A stretch of 64,000 nucleotides of DNA from Candidatus Omnitrophota bacterium. Lineage in GTDB: Bacteria > Omnitrophota > Omnitrophia > Omnitrophales > Aquincolibacteriaceae. The DNA lies in contig DAOSLF010000009.1 of NCBI GenBank assembly GCA_035368605.1, positions 7,079 through 71,078 of the forward strand, in the 5' to 3' direction. Below, piece by piece: positions 29,266 through 38,312 of this stretch (its first letter is position 1; each line of letters opens with the position of its first letter). The notes under the pieces are model-generated. The model saw nothing but the letters and a program-made list of their open reading frames with translations. It had not been told where the DNA came from and did no database searches. The translations under genes were made by a program, and so were the position numbers.

Positions 29266-29804
29266 GAGGAAGCCTCCTTTTTGGCAGCGCCAAAATCCTT
29301 CCGCGGACTGCGAACCGAAGGGCGATTCCAGAGATAGACCGCGACAAACATCATCAGAAAGATCCATGCGGGGGTGACCACAAAACCTCTCGCCGGATCC
29401 AGGGCGCACGCGGAGGAAAGCGCTCCCGCAAAAACAAAAAAACCGGCGCCGGCGATCAAATGCCCGAAAAAATAGCCCGGTTGTTTTTTCGGGATCGCCG
29501 TGGTTTTGCGCGCGTTCAACACCCCCGAGGGGAATAACAGATAGACGCTGAGGACCCAGAAAGGCGCGAGGCCCGCCGCGCCCCAAAGAAGTTGCCCCCA
29601 CAACGCGAGCCAGAACGGGAAAACCTGCCTCGCCCCGGCTTCGGGGAAAAACCGCCGGAGCGGCCAGAAAAAAAGAAGGGACAGCCAGTACAGTCCGGCC
29701 ACCGCAGCCGCAAGACGCCAGGCGCTGACACCGGATCCCGCATACGCCATGAACGGCAGCCAGGCCAGGAGCATTCGCGAAAAAACACTATCGGGCATTT
29801 TCAT
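29262..29804 (-). CDS. 6-TM membrane protein of unknown family (Rnf-cluster associated)
   Basis: Start taken at MKMPDS (29804), which gives ATGA coupling to the upstream small ORF. Six predicted TM helices. No recognisable Rnf motifs. Confidence 0.3.
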   Translation of the reverse strand: MKMPDSVFSRMLLAWLPFMAYAGSGVSAWRLAAAVAGLYWLSLLFFWPLRRFFPEAGARQVFPFWLALWGQLLWGAAGLAPFWVLSVYLLFPSGVLNARKTTAIPKKQPGYFFGHLIAGAGFFVFAGALSSACALDPARGFVVTPAWIFLMMFVAVYLWNRPSVRSPRKDFGAAKKEASS

Positions 29805-29944
29805 CGGTAAAAGACCTTTCGGACCTTGACGGCAACCCCCGGGTTTTCCGTGAGCGTTCGCGCACTGAGGAATAGCAGGACCATCCCTGCCAGGAATACC
29901 ACGAGGAAACACCACCGGAGAACCGCCGACAGGATCTTCTTCAT
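29801..29944 (-). CDS. small single-TM protein (47 aa) at the RnfG position
   Basis: MKKILSAVLRWCFLVVFLAGMVLLFL... is coupled to both neighbours by ATGA overlaps. Too short to be an FMN-binding RnfG. Confidence 0.2.
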   Translation of the reverse strand: MKKILSAVLRWCFLVVFLAGMVLLFLSARTLTENPGVAVKVRKVFYR

Positions 29945-30768
29945 GATCCCTCCCCCGGCCGCGGGTGAAGCCGCGCGTTCATCCACGGGACCGTAAGGTT
30001 CGTGATCAGGATCGCGTATCCTGTCGCAGCGACAGCCGGATAATGAAGCCCCAGCCCTGCCGTCAGGAACGCCGCCAGTATCGCAAAAACGTTGGCCCCC
30101 TTCCGTGTCAACGGCAGCGTCACCGTATCGGTGATGAGAAAAAAGGCGGCGAACACCGTGATGCCGAAGCCCCTTTCCGGGTCTTTCATTTCTCCCAAGG
30201 CGAGCGCCGACATCCATGAAATGGCCAGATACCAGAGCGGCGTTTCAAAATAGATCAGCCTCCGGCTCAGGAAGATCGCCGCACCCGCGAGGATTCCGCC
30301 AAGGACAAGCGGTTCGTTCGCGTGACTGAAAAGTACAGGCGCCTCCAGCCGGTCCGGGAAGATCATATCGAGAAAAATCCGCGCAAAGACCGCCGGCTGA
30401 AAAAGGCGCCCGCCGAGGCCGCCGAAACATTCCTGGAGGATCACGATCGCGACAAAATCTCCCGTCAGGATCGCTGCCGTGGGACATCCCGGCGGAAGCA
30501 GGAATGCCAGCGTCAGTCCCGTGAGAAAGGCATCTCCGGTTGTAGTCGTTGTTTTTTTGCCCGAAGACCTCCCGCACAGCCATTCCATGGCGGCGGCCCC
30601 CGCAGATGAAGTCATGAGTATCCTGAAAAAATCCATCCCCCCGGCCAGGATTCCCGCGACCGCGACAGGAACGAGCGCGGCACATTTCCACCAGATCCGT
30701 TTCGTTGTGGAGTCGGAAGCCGCGATATGCGGCGGAGAAGCCCGGAGGCAGGAGATAGCGCGACTCAT
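29941..30768 (-). CDS. RnfD/NqrB family membrane subunit (short)
   Basis: TGDAFLTGLTLAFLLPPG matches the RnfD DGGAL.TGLLLAL.LPP motif. ITDTVTLPLTRKG matches the ATDPVT.P motif. 275 aa is shorter than canonical RnfD. Confidence 0.55.
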   Translation of the reverse strand: MSRAISCLRASPPHIAASDSTTKRIWWKCAALVPVAVAGILAGGMDFFRILMTSSAGAAAMEWLCGRSSGKKTTTTTGDAFLTGLTLAFLLPPGCPTAAILTGDFVAIVILQECFGGLGGRLFQPAVFARIFLDMIFPDRLEAPVLFSHANEPLVLGGILAGAAIFLSRRLIYFETPLWYLAISWMSALALGEMKDPERGFGITVFAAFFLITDTVTLPLTRKGANVFAILAAFLTAGLGLHYPAVAATGYAILITNLTVPWMNARLHPRPGEGS

Positions 30769-30769
30769 T

Positions 30770-32044
30770 TCACAGCCCTGCCTTTGCTTGATGGATGAGA
30801 TCGATCATGGGCCGTTTCGAAGGACAAACATAAGCGCAAATGCCGCATTCGATGCAATCCTTCACACGCCATTCCGCGGCGATCCCGAATTCGCCGGTCT
30901 CGGCGGCAAGCGTGATCGTGGCCGGGGAAAGAAAAACAGGGCAGGTGTCCACACACCGGTTACAGCGAATGCACGGTTCTTCGCGCCGCTCTCCCGCGAT
31001 CTCGGCGGGTAATGCCAGGATCGCGTTCGTCGCGGGCGTCACGACCGCCGTTCCGTCCCCCCGTTGGGCGGTCCCCCGCATTGGCCCTCCCGCAATCAGC
31101 CTCGCCGGTTCGCGCAAAAACCCCTTGCAGGCCCGGACCGCTTCCCGGAACGAGACTCCAAACGGCAGCCAGAGGTTCCTCGGTTCCGCCACACATTCAC
31201 CGGCCACGGTCACGATCCGCTCAAAGAAGGGTTTCCCGAAATAAACGGCTTCATAGGCGGCATGGGCCGTCGAGGCGTTGAGGATCCGGGAATCAAGAGA
31301 GAATTCCGCCGGCAGGAAATCTGCCGCTCCCATCGGGTAGATCGCGGGGACCTTGAAAACCTCGAAGGAGGCCGCCTTGAGAAGGTAAATCTTGCTTTTA
31401 ACAAGCTCGAAAAGTTCGCGTTCGGCATCCTCGATCAAAAAAACAACGCGTTCGGCGCCGGATGCTTTTCTTAAAAGCTCCGCTCCTTTAAGAACCTCGG
31501 GCAAGTGTCCCGTCATGAGGATGTTCTCGGACGAGACGTACGGCTCCGGTTCGCAACCATTGATGACGATCGTGCGCGGCGGTTTGCCCTCCGTTTCCAG
31601 GCGGCGGCGCAGGGGCTCGTTCGTTCCATCCGTCACCACGAGACCGAGCTCACAGAAAAGGTTCAAGAGGTCCGGACCGGAAAGAGATTCGGCGTCCGCG
31701 CGCGGGGTGACGAATTTGGGCGGAGCCTGTTTGAAATCGCTTTCCGCCGCGATCTCGATAAAGCTTTCCTCCCCGCCTTCCGGTAAGCTCCGTTTCCCGA
31801 CGGTCTCGACCTTCCCCGAAATACCGGAAAAGACGGGAATCCCTCTTGCGTCCGCCGGTATCGCGACCTTCCCACCGGCCTCGACCCTGTCGCCGGCCGC
31901 CACACAGGGCGAACACGGTATTCCCTCGCAGGAAACGGGCGTGATCCGGAGCCGCTTGATCAGATAGGGCCGCTTGAGGGTGTTAAGAAGGGCCGCCTCT
32001 TTCTTTCTTTCGAGACGGACCCCCTGTGTCCTTGCAGGAAGCAA
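30770..32044 (-). CDS. RnfC-like electron transport subunit with two 4Fe-4S motifs
   Basis: IVINGCEPEPY matches the RnfC INGAECEPY signature. Two ferredoxin-type motifs are present: CIRCNRCVDTCP and CIECGICAYVCP. Confidence 0.7.
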   Translation of the reverse strand: MLPARTQGVRLERKKEAALLNTLKRPYLIKRLRITPVSCEGIPCSPCVAAGDRVEAGGKVAIPADARGIPVFSGISGKVETVGKRSLPEGGEESFIEIAAESDFKQAPPKFVTPRADAESLSGPDLLNLFCELGLVVTDGTNEPLRRRLETEGKPPRTIVINGCEPEPYVSSENILMTGHLPEVLKGAELLRKASGAERVVFLIEDAERELFELVKSKIYLLKAASFEVFKVPAIYPMGAADFLPAEFSLDSRILNASTAHAAYEAVYFGKPFFERIVTVAGECVAEPRNLWLPFGVSFREAVRACKGFLREPARLIAGGPMRGTAQRGDGTAVVTPATNAILALPAEIAGERREEPCIRCNRCVDTCPVFLSPATITLAAETGEFGIAAEWRVKDCIECGICAYVCPSKRPMIDLIHQAKAGL

Positions 32045-32062
32045 TGTTTCGCTCCTTTCGGG

Positions 32063-32803
32063 TTAAGCTTTGGGAACGGCTTTCGAGAAGGCGTCGCCCA
32101 GAATCCTGTCGACCTGGATGCGCTCCCGGAACACGTCCTTGAGCCTGCCGAAACTGCAGCTTTCGACCTGCAGATCGTCAATATCGGGAAGGCTCCCAAG
32201 GATCGGAACACCCGAGAGGTCGTGGATCACTTTCGGATTCGTCAGTTCAGCCAGGGAATAATTGCTGACGGCGACCCGGTTGAAAATAATGCCTTTGATC
32301 TCCAGCCCGCGGATCATGGCGGCATCGACCGTCAGCAGCGCGTGATTGATCGCCCCGAGACCGGCGTGGCTCACAACGATCACCGGCAGTTTCATGTCGC
32401 GGATCAGGTTCGCGACATAGTAATCCTTTTTCAGCGGGACCATGATTCCGCCGATTCCCTCCACAATCATGTAATCGTAGTGTTTGCCGAGATCGCGGAA
32501 ACTTTTGAGGATGCGATCGACGTTCACTTCCTTCTTTTCGAGCATCGCGGCAACGTTCGGTGAAAGCGGGTTCCGGAAACGCGCGGGGCTGTGAAGCGGC
32601 GGGAACTGGCCTTCGGCCGCCTCCATCAGGAATGCCGCGTCGTGGGAGATGAGCCTTTCTTCCGCGCCGTAACAACCGGTCGCGACCGGCTTCATCACCC
32701 CGACCTTGATGCCGCGATCGCGGAGACAGAGCGCAAGCCCCGCCGAAACAATGGTCTTCCCGACTTCTGTATCCGTGCCTGTGATGAAAATACCGGCCTT
32801 CAT
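32063..32803 (-). CDS. bioD: dethiobiotin synthetase
   Basis: MKAGIFITGTDTEVGKT P-loop and BioD fold. Start trimmed to M13 of the ORF. Confidence 0.8.
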   Translation of the reverse strand: MKAGIFITGTDTEVGKTIVSAGLALCLRDRGIKVGVMKPVATGCYGAEERLISHDAAFLMEAAEGQFPPLHSPARFRNPLSPNVAAMLEKKEVNVDRILKSFRDLGKHYDYMIVEGIGGIMVPLKKDYYVANLIRDMKLPVIVVSHAGLGAINHALLTVDAAMIRGLEIKGIIFNRVAVSNYSLAELTNPKVIHDLSGVPILGSLPDIDDLQVESCSFGRLKDVFRERIQVDRILGDAFSKAVPKA

Positions 32804-32891
32804 GAGACCCTCGCGCCACGGGCCGCGGACAACGCACAACAGGGAAGTTTTCCCGGTGCGTGTTGTGTGTTGTGCGTTTTGCAGGCAATAA

Positions 32892-34262
32892 TCATTCCGT
32901 TCCTTCCTTTATAGACTCATACGCGATATCAAGCAATCTGTTCAGTTCTTTTTCCGTCATCGCAAGCGGAGGCATCAGGACAATCACCGGACCGAGCGGC
33001 CGCAGGATCGCGCCTTTTTTTCTTGCGAGCTCGATCACGCGCACCCCGATCTTCTCTTTCGGCGCGAACTCCGCCCTTGTTCGTTTGTCCCGAACCAATT
33101 CAATCCCGATCATGGTTCCGGCCTGCCGGATATCCCCCACCGCGTCGAGCTTGTAAAAATCCTGTAATCTTTTTCGCAAAAGCACGATCTTCGGCTGAAG
33201 TTTCTCGATCGTCCGGTCTTTTTTGAAAAGCTCGAGCGTCGCGAGCGCCGCCGCGCACGCAAGCGGGTTCGCCGTGTACGTGTGCCCGTGGAAAAAGGTC
33301 TTGAAGTCCTCGTATTGCCCGAGAAACGCTTCATAAACCCGTTCTGTTGTTAGGGTTGCGGCGAGCGGAAGATAGCCTCCCGTAAGCCCCTTGGCCACGG
33401 TCATGATGTCGGGAATCACGCCTTCGTGTTCAGCCGCAAACAGCTTCCCCGTTCGCCCGAAACCCGTCGCGACCTCGTCAAAGATCAAGAGCGTATTATA
33501 CTTTCGCGTCAGCTCCCTCGCACGGGAAATGTATCCCGCGGGCTGATCGATCATCCCCGCGGCACCCTGCATGAGCGGTTCCATCACAAGCGCGGCAACT
33601 TCCTCCGCGTTTTCGCGCAGAACCTTTTCCATCATCTCGAGGGATTCTTGCTTGACCTGTTCCGCGTCATCGCTCGCGGGCCACCGGTAGCGGTACGGAG
33701 AGGGAACCTCCAGGGTCTCGAAGAGAAGCGGCCGGTAGATTTGATGAAAAAGATCGATCCCGCCCACACTCACGGACCCGATCGTGTCGCCATGATAAGC
33801 GTTCGTGAGTTTGACGAACTTCTTTTTTTTCGGTTGTCCTCGCTGCTGCCAGTACTGATACGCCATTTTCAGCGCGATCTCGACCGATTCGGAACCGGAA
33901 TCCGAGTAGAACACCCGCGTCAGCGGACGGTCACCGCTCCCGGGCGACGGTTTCGGGGCGATCGCGATCAGCTTTTCCGACAGCTCGATCGCCGCCGGAT
34001 GTGAGAGACCGAGAAACGTCGTGTGGGCAATCTTTCCGAGCTGCCTCTTGACGGCCTTGTCGATCGCAGGGACCCGGTGCCCGAACACATTGCACCAGAG
34101 CGACGACACGCCGTCCAGATACCGCCGCCCATCCACATCGATCAGATAGCAGCCCGCTCCCTTTTCGATGACCGGGAATTCTTCCTCCTGCCAATCCCGC
34201 ATCTGGGTGAACGGATGCCAGATATGTTTTCGGTCGCTTGAGACAAGCTGTGCTTTATTCAT
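32892..34262 (-). CDS. bioA: adenosylmethionine-8-amino-7-oxononanoate aminotransferase
   Basis: Class III PLP aminotransferase with BioA-specific features (HIWHPFTQM, DEVATGFGRTGKLFA). Confidence 0.9.
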   Translation of the reverse strand: MNKAQLVSSDRKHIWHPFTQMRDWQEEEFPVIEKGAGCYLIDVDGRRYLDGVSSLWCNVFGHRVPAIDKAVKRQLGKIAHTTFLGLSHPAAIELSEKLIAIAPKPSPGSGDRPLTRVFYSDSGSESVEIALKMAYQYWQQRGQPKKKKFVKLTNAYHGDTIGSVSVGGIDLFHQIYRPLLFETLEVPSPYRYRWPASDDAEQVKQESLEMMEKVLRENAEEVAALVMEPLMQGAAGMIDQPAGYISRARELTRKYNTLLIFDEVATGFGRTGKLFAAEHEGVIPDIMTVAKGLTGGYLPLAATLTTERVYEAFLGQYEDFKTFFHGHTYTANPLACAAALATLELFKKDRTIEKLQPKIVLLRKRLQDFYKLDAVGDIRQAGTMIGIELVRDKRTRAEFAPKEKIGVRVIELARKKGAILRPLGPVIVLMPPLAMTEKELNRLLDIAYESIKEGTE

Positions 34263-34318
34263 AAATCAATCGGGTTATTTCCCGCCGGCGATCATGCCGG
34301 GGATCGATCCCGCATGGT

Positions 34319-34981
34319 TTACCGGTCATTTTTTTTCGCATACCCCACCGGCTGCGTCAGGATGATCTTCTGCTCCGGCCGAAGCCCCATCTCCTTCGCG
34401 AGACGCTCCCGGTCGATCCAGCCAAGAACCACGGTCGCGAGTCCCTCGGACGCGCAATAAAGATAGACGTTCTGGCTGATGAATCCCGTGTCCGCGGCGC
34501 TGTAGAATTTCGCGTCCTCTTCGGAACCGCCGCGAAATTTGCCGGGGTCCGCAACGAAAATCAGCCCTACCGGCGCTTCCCGGACAAAATCCTGCTTCCC
34601 GGCAAACGGCCGGATATCTTTCGCGAGCACCGGAATCAGCGCATGTTGTTCGGCATTATACAGGTAAAGTCCTTCTTTTTTGGCGACATAAATATCGATC
34701 TCGCGGGCATTATGCGCTGAGGGTACAGTCCGTCGTCCGTCCGGGCGGTTCACGCCGGCCGCGGCCCAGAGAAGGCCGGAAAGGACCTGAGGGGCCAGCT
34801 CTTCGCCGCTGAATTCCCGCGTGCTCTTCCGCTCCGCAAGCGCTTTCATCAGGGGTTGTCCGCCGTCTTTTTGCGGCGGCAGAAGCCGGAGAGGCTCCCG
34901 GGTCCCCGCCAAAAGGGGCATCGGCACCGCCAGGAGTACGAGAACCGTTAAAAAAAACGCCGCTGTTTTTTTGTCTTTCAT
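34319..34981 (-). CDS. nitroreductase-family protein with N-terminal signal/TM segment
   Basis: Start at MKDKKTAAFFLTVLVLL (ATG 34981); the ORF-track N-terminal 118 aa is rejected. Nitroreductase fold motifs (RKSTREF, VGYAK). Sits between bioF and bioA. Confidence 0.55.
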   Translation of the reverse strand: MKDKKTAAFFLTVLVLLAVPMPLLAGTREPLRLLPPQKDGGQPLMKALAERKSTREFSGEELAPQVLSGLLWAAAGVNRPDGRRTVPSAHNAREIDIYVAKKEGLYLYNAEQHALIPVLAKDIRPFAGKQDFVREAPVGLIFVADPGKFRGGSEEDAKFYSAADTGFISQNVYLYCASEGLATVVLGWIDRERLAKEMGLRPEQKIILTQPVGYAKKNDR

Positions 34982-35162
34982 ATTCCCTGCCTTTCCGCGG
35001 GGCTTCCGCCGAGTCACTTGCCGACAAAATAATATTGCACACTTCCCGGAAGGCACAGCAAAATATACGGAAGAAGCCACCGGGTCATCGTACCGCCTAC
35101 GGGGATTTTTAACCAGGAAAGAAGAACCGCCGCGGGGATCAGGCGCGGAATATCCGGCGCGA

Positions 35163-36359
35163 TCATGGATTCTTTCCATCCCGTTCTCCGAGGGCGGCAA
35201 ACGCGTCAATGAGCGCGTCGATCTCTGTGGCCGTGTGAGCCGCGCTGACCGTGACGCGAAGTCGGGCTTTTCCTTTGGGAACCGTCGGATACCGGACAGC
35301 GGGGATGTAAATGCCTTTTGAGAGAAGGAACTCAAAAGCGGCGAGCGCCTTCCCCTCGTCTCCCAGGACCACGGGCAGGATAGCGGAATCGGGCGAAGCC
35401 AGCGAAAAGCCGAGCCTTGTCAGTCCTTCATGAACCTTGCGGATATTCTCCCGGAGCTTTTCCCGGATCCCGGGCTCCTCCTCCATCACTGTAAAAGCTT
35501 CCGCGGCGGCAGCGCAAAGAACCGGCGGCAGTGCCGTCGCGAAAACAAAGGGCCGCGCGAAATTGATGAGATGATCGACCAGGACCTTGTCCGCCGCGAC
35601 AAAGCCCCCGAGCCCACCCGCCGCTTTTGACAGCGTTCCCATGACGAGGTCGACGCCTTCCGAAAAACCTTCCGTCGCCCCGCGGCCTTCTTTGCCGAGA
35701 ACGCCCGTCCCGTGCGCGTCGTCCACGACAAGCAAGGCGCCGTACTTTTTCCGGAGCCGGATTATCTGCCCGAGGTCCGCAAGGTCGCCGTCCATGCTGA
35801 AAACACTCTCCGTCACGAGAATCTTCCTGCGGCCAGGGCATTTCTTCAGAAGATTCTCGCACTTCGCGTAGTTCCTGTGGGGGAAAACCCGGAGCTCCGC
35901 TTTCGAAAGACGGGCGCCGTCCACAAGCGAGGCATGACAGAGTTTGTCCATAATGATCGTGTCGCCTTCTTCCGCGAAGGCGGTCAGGATACCGAGATTC
36001 GCGAGGAAACCGGAACCAAAGACAAGCGCATTTTCCTTGTTCTTGAACCGGGCGATTTTTTTTTCGAGCGCTTCGTGGACATCCGTGCTCCCCGAGATCA
36101 GGCGCGCGGCGCCGGCACCAACCCCATAGCGGTCGAGGGCTTTCTTCGCGGCGCAAACCACGCGGGGATGACGACTGAGTCCGAGATAATCATTCGAGCA
36201 GAAAAGAAGGAGCTTTCTTCCCTCCCAAACAGCCCGGGTCCCGCGGTTCTCTTCAAGCGCGCGAAGTCGGCGATAGAGGTTTTTTCCTTCCAAAGCCGTC
36301 AATCCGGCCCGAACCTCCTGATATATCGAAACATTCTCCAAGACAGAATCCTCCCGCAT
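35163..36359 (-). CDS. bioF: 8-amino-7-oxononanoate synthase
   Basis: Alpha-oxoamine synthase family (SNDYLGL, VDDAHGTGVLG, SFSKAAG-like TLSKAAGG lysine). Confidence 0.85.
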   Translation of the reverse strand: MREDSVLENVSIYQEVRAGLTALEGKNLYRRLRALEENRGTRAVWEGRKLLLFCSNDYLGLSRHPRVVCAAKKALDRYGVGAGAARLISGSTDVHEALEKKIARFKNKENALVFGSGFLANLGILTAFAEEGDTIIMDKLCHASLVDGARLSKAELRVFPHRNYAKCENLLKKCPGRRKILVTESVFSMDGDLADLGQIIRLRKKYGALLVVDDAHGTGVLGKEGRGATEGFSEGVDLVMGTLSKAAGGLGGFVAADKVLVDHLINFARPFVFATALPPVLCAAAAEAFTVMEEEPGIREKLRENIRKVHEGLTRLGFSLASPDSAILPVVLGDEGKALAAFEFLLSKGIYIPAVRYPTVPKGKARLRVTVSAAHTATEIDALIDAFAALGERDGKNP

Positions 36360-37567
36360 TAAACCTTTCGCAACAAAAGCGCCATTGCCTGGCCGCCGAA
36401 GCCCATGGAAACCTTGAGGGCCATCGCGATCTTTTTCTTGCGTGCCCGAAGCGGAGTGTAATCCAGGTCGCAGGCCTCGTCTTTTTCTTCCAGATTCAGG
36501 GTCGGCGGCACGAAGCCATCCCGCATCGCCACGAGCATCGCCGCGATCTCCACCGCCCCCGTTGCGCCGAGCATATGTCCCGTCGCGGCCTTGGTCGAGC
36601 TCATGGCCATACCATAGGCGGCTTCCCCGAAAGCCTCTTTGAGCTCAGCTGTTTCATAAACATCGCCGGGTTTCGTCCCCGTCCCGTGGAGATGGACATA
36701 ATCGATCTCGGCACAAGAAATGCCGGAGCGCGCCAACAACGTCTTCAAGGCCCTTGAAAGCGCGTGGTCGCCGTGATCGAACAGGATGGCGTGTTTTGAG
36801 TCCTGGGCGCATGCCGCATCGAGAACCTCTCCGTAGATCCGGATGCCGAGAGCCTTCGCGCTCTCAAGCGTTTCTAGAAAAAGGACCGCCGCGCCTTCGC
36901 CGACAAGAAACCCGTCCCTTCTTTTATCGAAAGGACGTATGTCCCGTTTCGCGAGCGCCTTCATGTTGTTGTACCCCGCCAGCAGGATCGGAACAATAGA
37001 GGCGTCCGAGGCTCCCGCGAGACAATAGTCGGCGTGGCCTTCCTGCACCATGCGAAACCCCGCGGTCACTGCCGCGACACCGGTCGCGCACGCCGCCACA
37101 TAACATTTCGCCGGGCCTTTGATCTTCATCCGCCGTGCGATCCACTGGTTTCCGGAATTCGGCATCGCGCTCGAATAGATGCGCGCGCCCAGAATCGCAC
37201 TTGGGTGCTTCAGGAACCGGTCCCGGAAGCTATCCAGCGTGTAAACCCCTCCCTTGGAAGAGCTGATTGAAAGACCGACCGCGTAGGGGTCAACCGCGCT
37301 CATATCGAATCGCGCGTCCTGGACGGCGGATTCAGCCGCCGCAACAGCGTACTGGATAAAGGGGTCCAGGATATGCGTGCCGTATTGGTGGGGGTTGAAA
37401 GCCTTGACGCGGAAAACGGGCGGAAACCGGCATCCGAAAACATCCGAAACGGACTCCGCCTCTTTTCCCGAAACCCCGTTCCGCAGGTTCGCGGAGAATT
37501 CTTCGAGCGTGTTTCCGATGGGCGTCAACACCCCCATCCCTGTCACGACAACCCGTCGGTTTCTCAT
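36359..37567 (-). CDS. beta-ketoacyl-ACP synthase I/II-like (FabF/FabB family) in biotin cluster
   Basis: RRVVVTGMGVLTPIGN N-terminus, active-site Cys (AACATG), and the HGTGT and GHMLGATG His motifs. Confidence 0.85.
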   Translation of the reverse strand: MRNRRVVVTGMGVLTPIGNTLEEFSANLRNGVSGKEAESVSDVFGCRFPPVFRVKAFNPHQYGTHILDPFIQYAVAAAESAVQDARFDMSAVDPYAVGLSISSSKGGVYTLDSFRDRFLKHPSAILGARIYSSAMPNSGNQWIARRMKIKGPAKCYVAACATGVAAVTAGFRMVQEGHADYCLAGASDASIVPILLAGYNNMKALAKRDIRPFDKRRDGFLVGEGAAVLFLETLESAKALGIRIYGEVLDAACAQDSKHAILFDHGDHALSRALKTLLARSGISCAEIDYVHLHGTGTKPGDVYETAELKEAFGEAAYGMAMSSTKAATGHMLGATGAVEIAAMLVAMRDGFVPPTLNLEEKDEACDLDYTPLRARKKKIAMALKVSMGFGGQAMALLLRKV

Positions 37568-37579
37568 GGAAATGGGCTA

Positions 37580-38308
37580 TTATAGCGGACGCGACTCAAA
37601 ATGAAACACCTGTCCCGTGACCCCGCGCACAAGACCGGAGGAGAGATAGACCAGAAAGCCGGCAACCTCCTCCGGGTCGGAGATTGTCCGGGTCGGGCTC
37701 CTCTCCAACGCGGCCTGAAACGTTTCTTCCGGAACGTTTTCGGTCATACGCGACTTCATGAAACCGGGGTTCACGGCGTTCACAAGAACCTGTTTTTTGC
37801 CCAGTTCGCGCGCAAGGACCTTGGTCATCGCGATCAGACCGCCCTTGGCGGCCGCATAGTTCGCCGCACCGGGAAGTCCCTCCAGTCCGGCGCGGCTTAC
37901 GATCATGAAAACCTTGGACGGTCTGACCTTCAATAGAAGAGGGAGCAGTTTTTGCGTGAGGTAAAAAGGCGCCTTGAGCCCGACTGCCAGAACACGGTCC
38001 CATTCGGCTTCGCTGAGACTCCCGAGGCGGGCATCCGCGGTCGCCGCGGCATTGTGGACCAGAACATCCAGGGTTTCGTGCGCGGCCAGGAACTCCTTCA
38101 GGAATACGTCCATTGACTCTGTGGACCCGAGATCCACGCGGTGTTTTCGGGCGCCCGTTTTTTCAAGGGCGAGGGCTCTCGCTTTCGATTCATGCCAGGT
38201 GAAATGGACTTCGGCGCCACGCGCGACGGCCTGCCGGACAAAGGCGTTTCCAAGTTCGCTCGTGCCGCCTGTGACCAGAATCTTTTTACGGGACAGGAGG
38301 AGGTTCAA
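37580..38308 (-). CDS. SDR-family oxidoreductase, FabG-like 3-oxoacyl-ACP reductase
   Basis: TGGTSELG Rossmann motif, NAA, and YAAAKGG catalytic Tyr/Lys. Confidence 0.8.
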   Translation of the reverse strand: MNLLLSRKKILVTGGTSELGNAFVRQAVARGAEVHFTWHESKARALALEKTGARKHRVDLGSTESMDVFLKEFLAAHETLDVLVHNAAATADARLGSLSEAEWDRVLAVGLKAPFYLTQKLLPLLLKVRPSKVFMIVSRAGLEGLPGAANYAAAKGGLIAMTKVLARELGKKQVLVNAVNPGFMKSRMTENVPEETFQAALERSPTRTISDPEEVAGFLVYLSSGLVRGVTGQVFHFESRPL

Positions 38309-38312
38309 ATGT

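Noticed and set aside
29266-29601. 112-aa N-terminal extension of ORF 28750..29601
   Set aside because: Non-hydrophobic Gly/Arg-rich sequence that overlaps the neighbouring gene in another frame. ATG at 29265 has a GGAGG RBS and begins the first TM helix.
34982-35335. 118-aa N-terminal extension of the nitroreductase ORF
   Set aside because: Arg/Ser-rich, no homology. The internal ATG at 34981 starts a signal-peptide-like segment followed by the nitroreductase fold.
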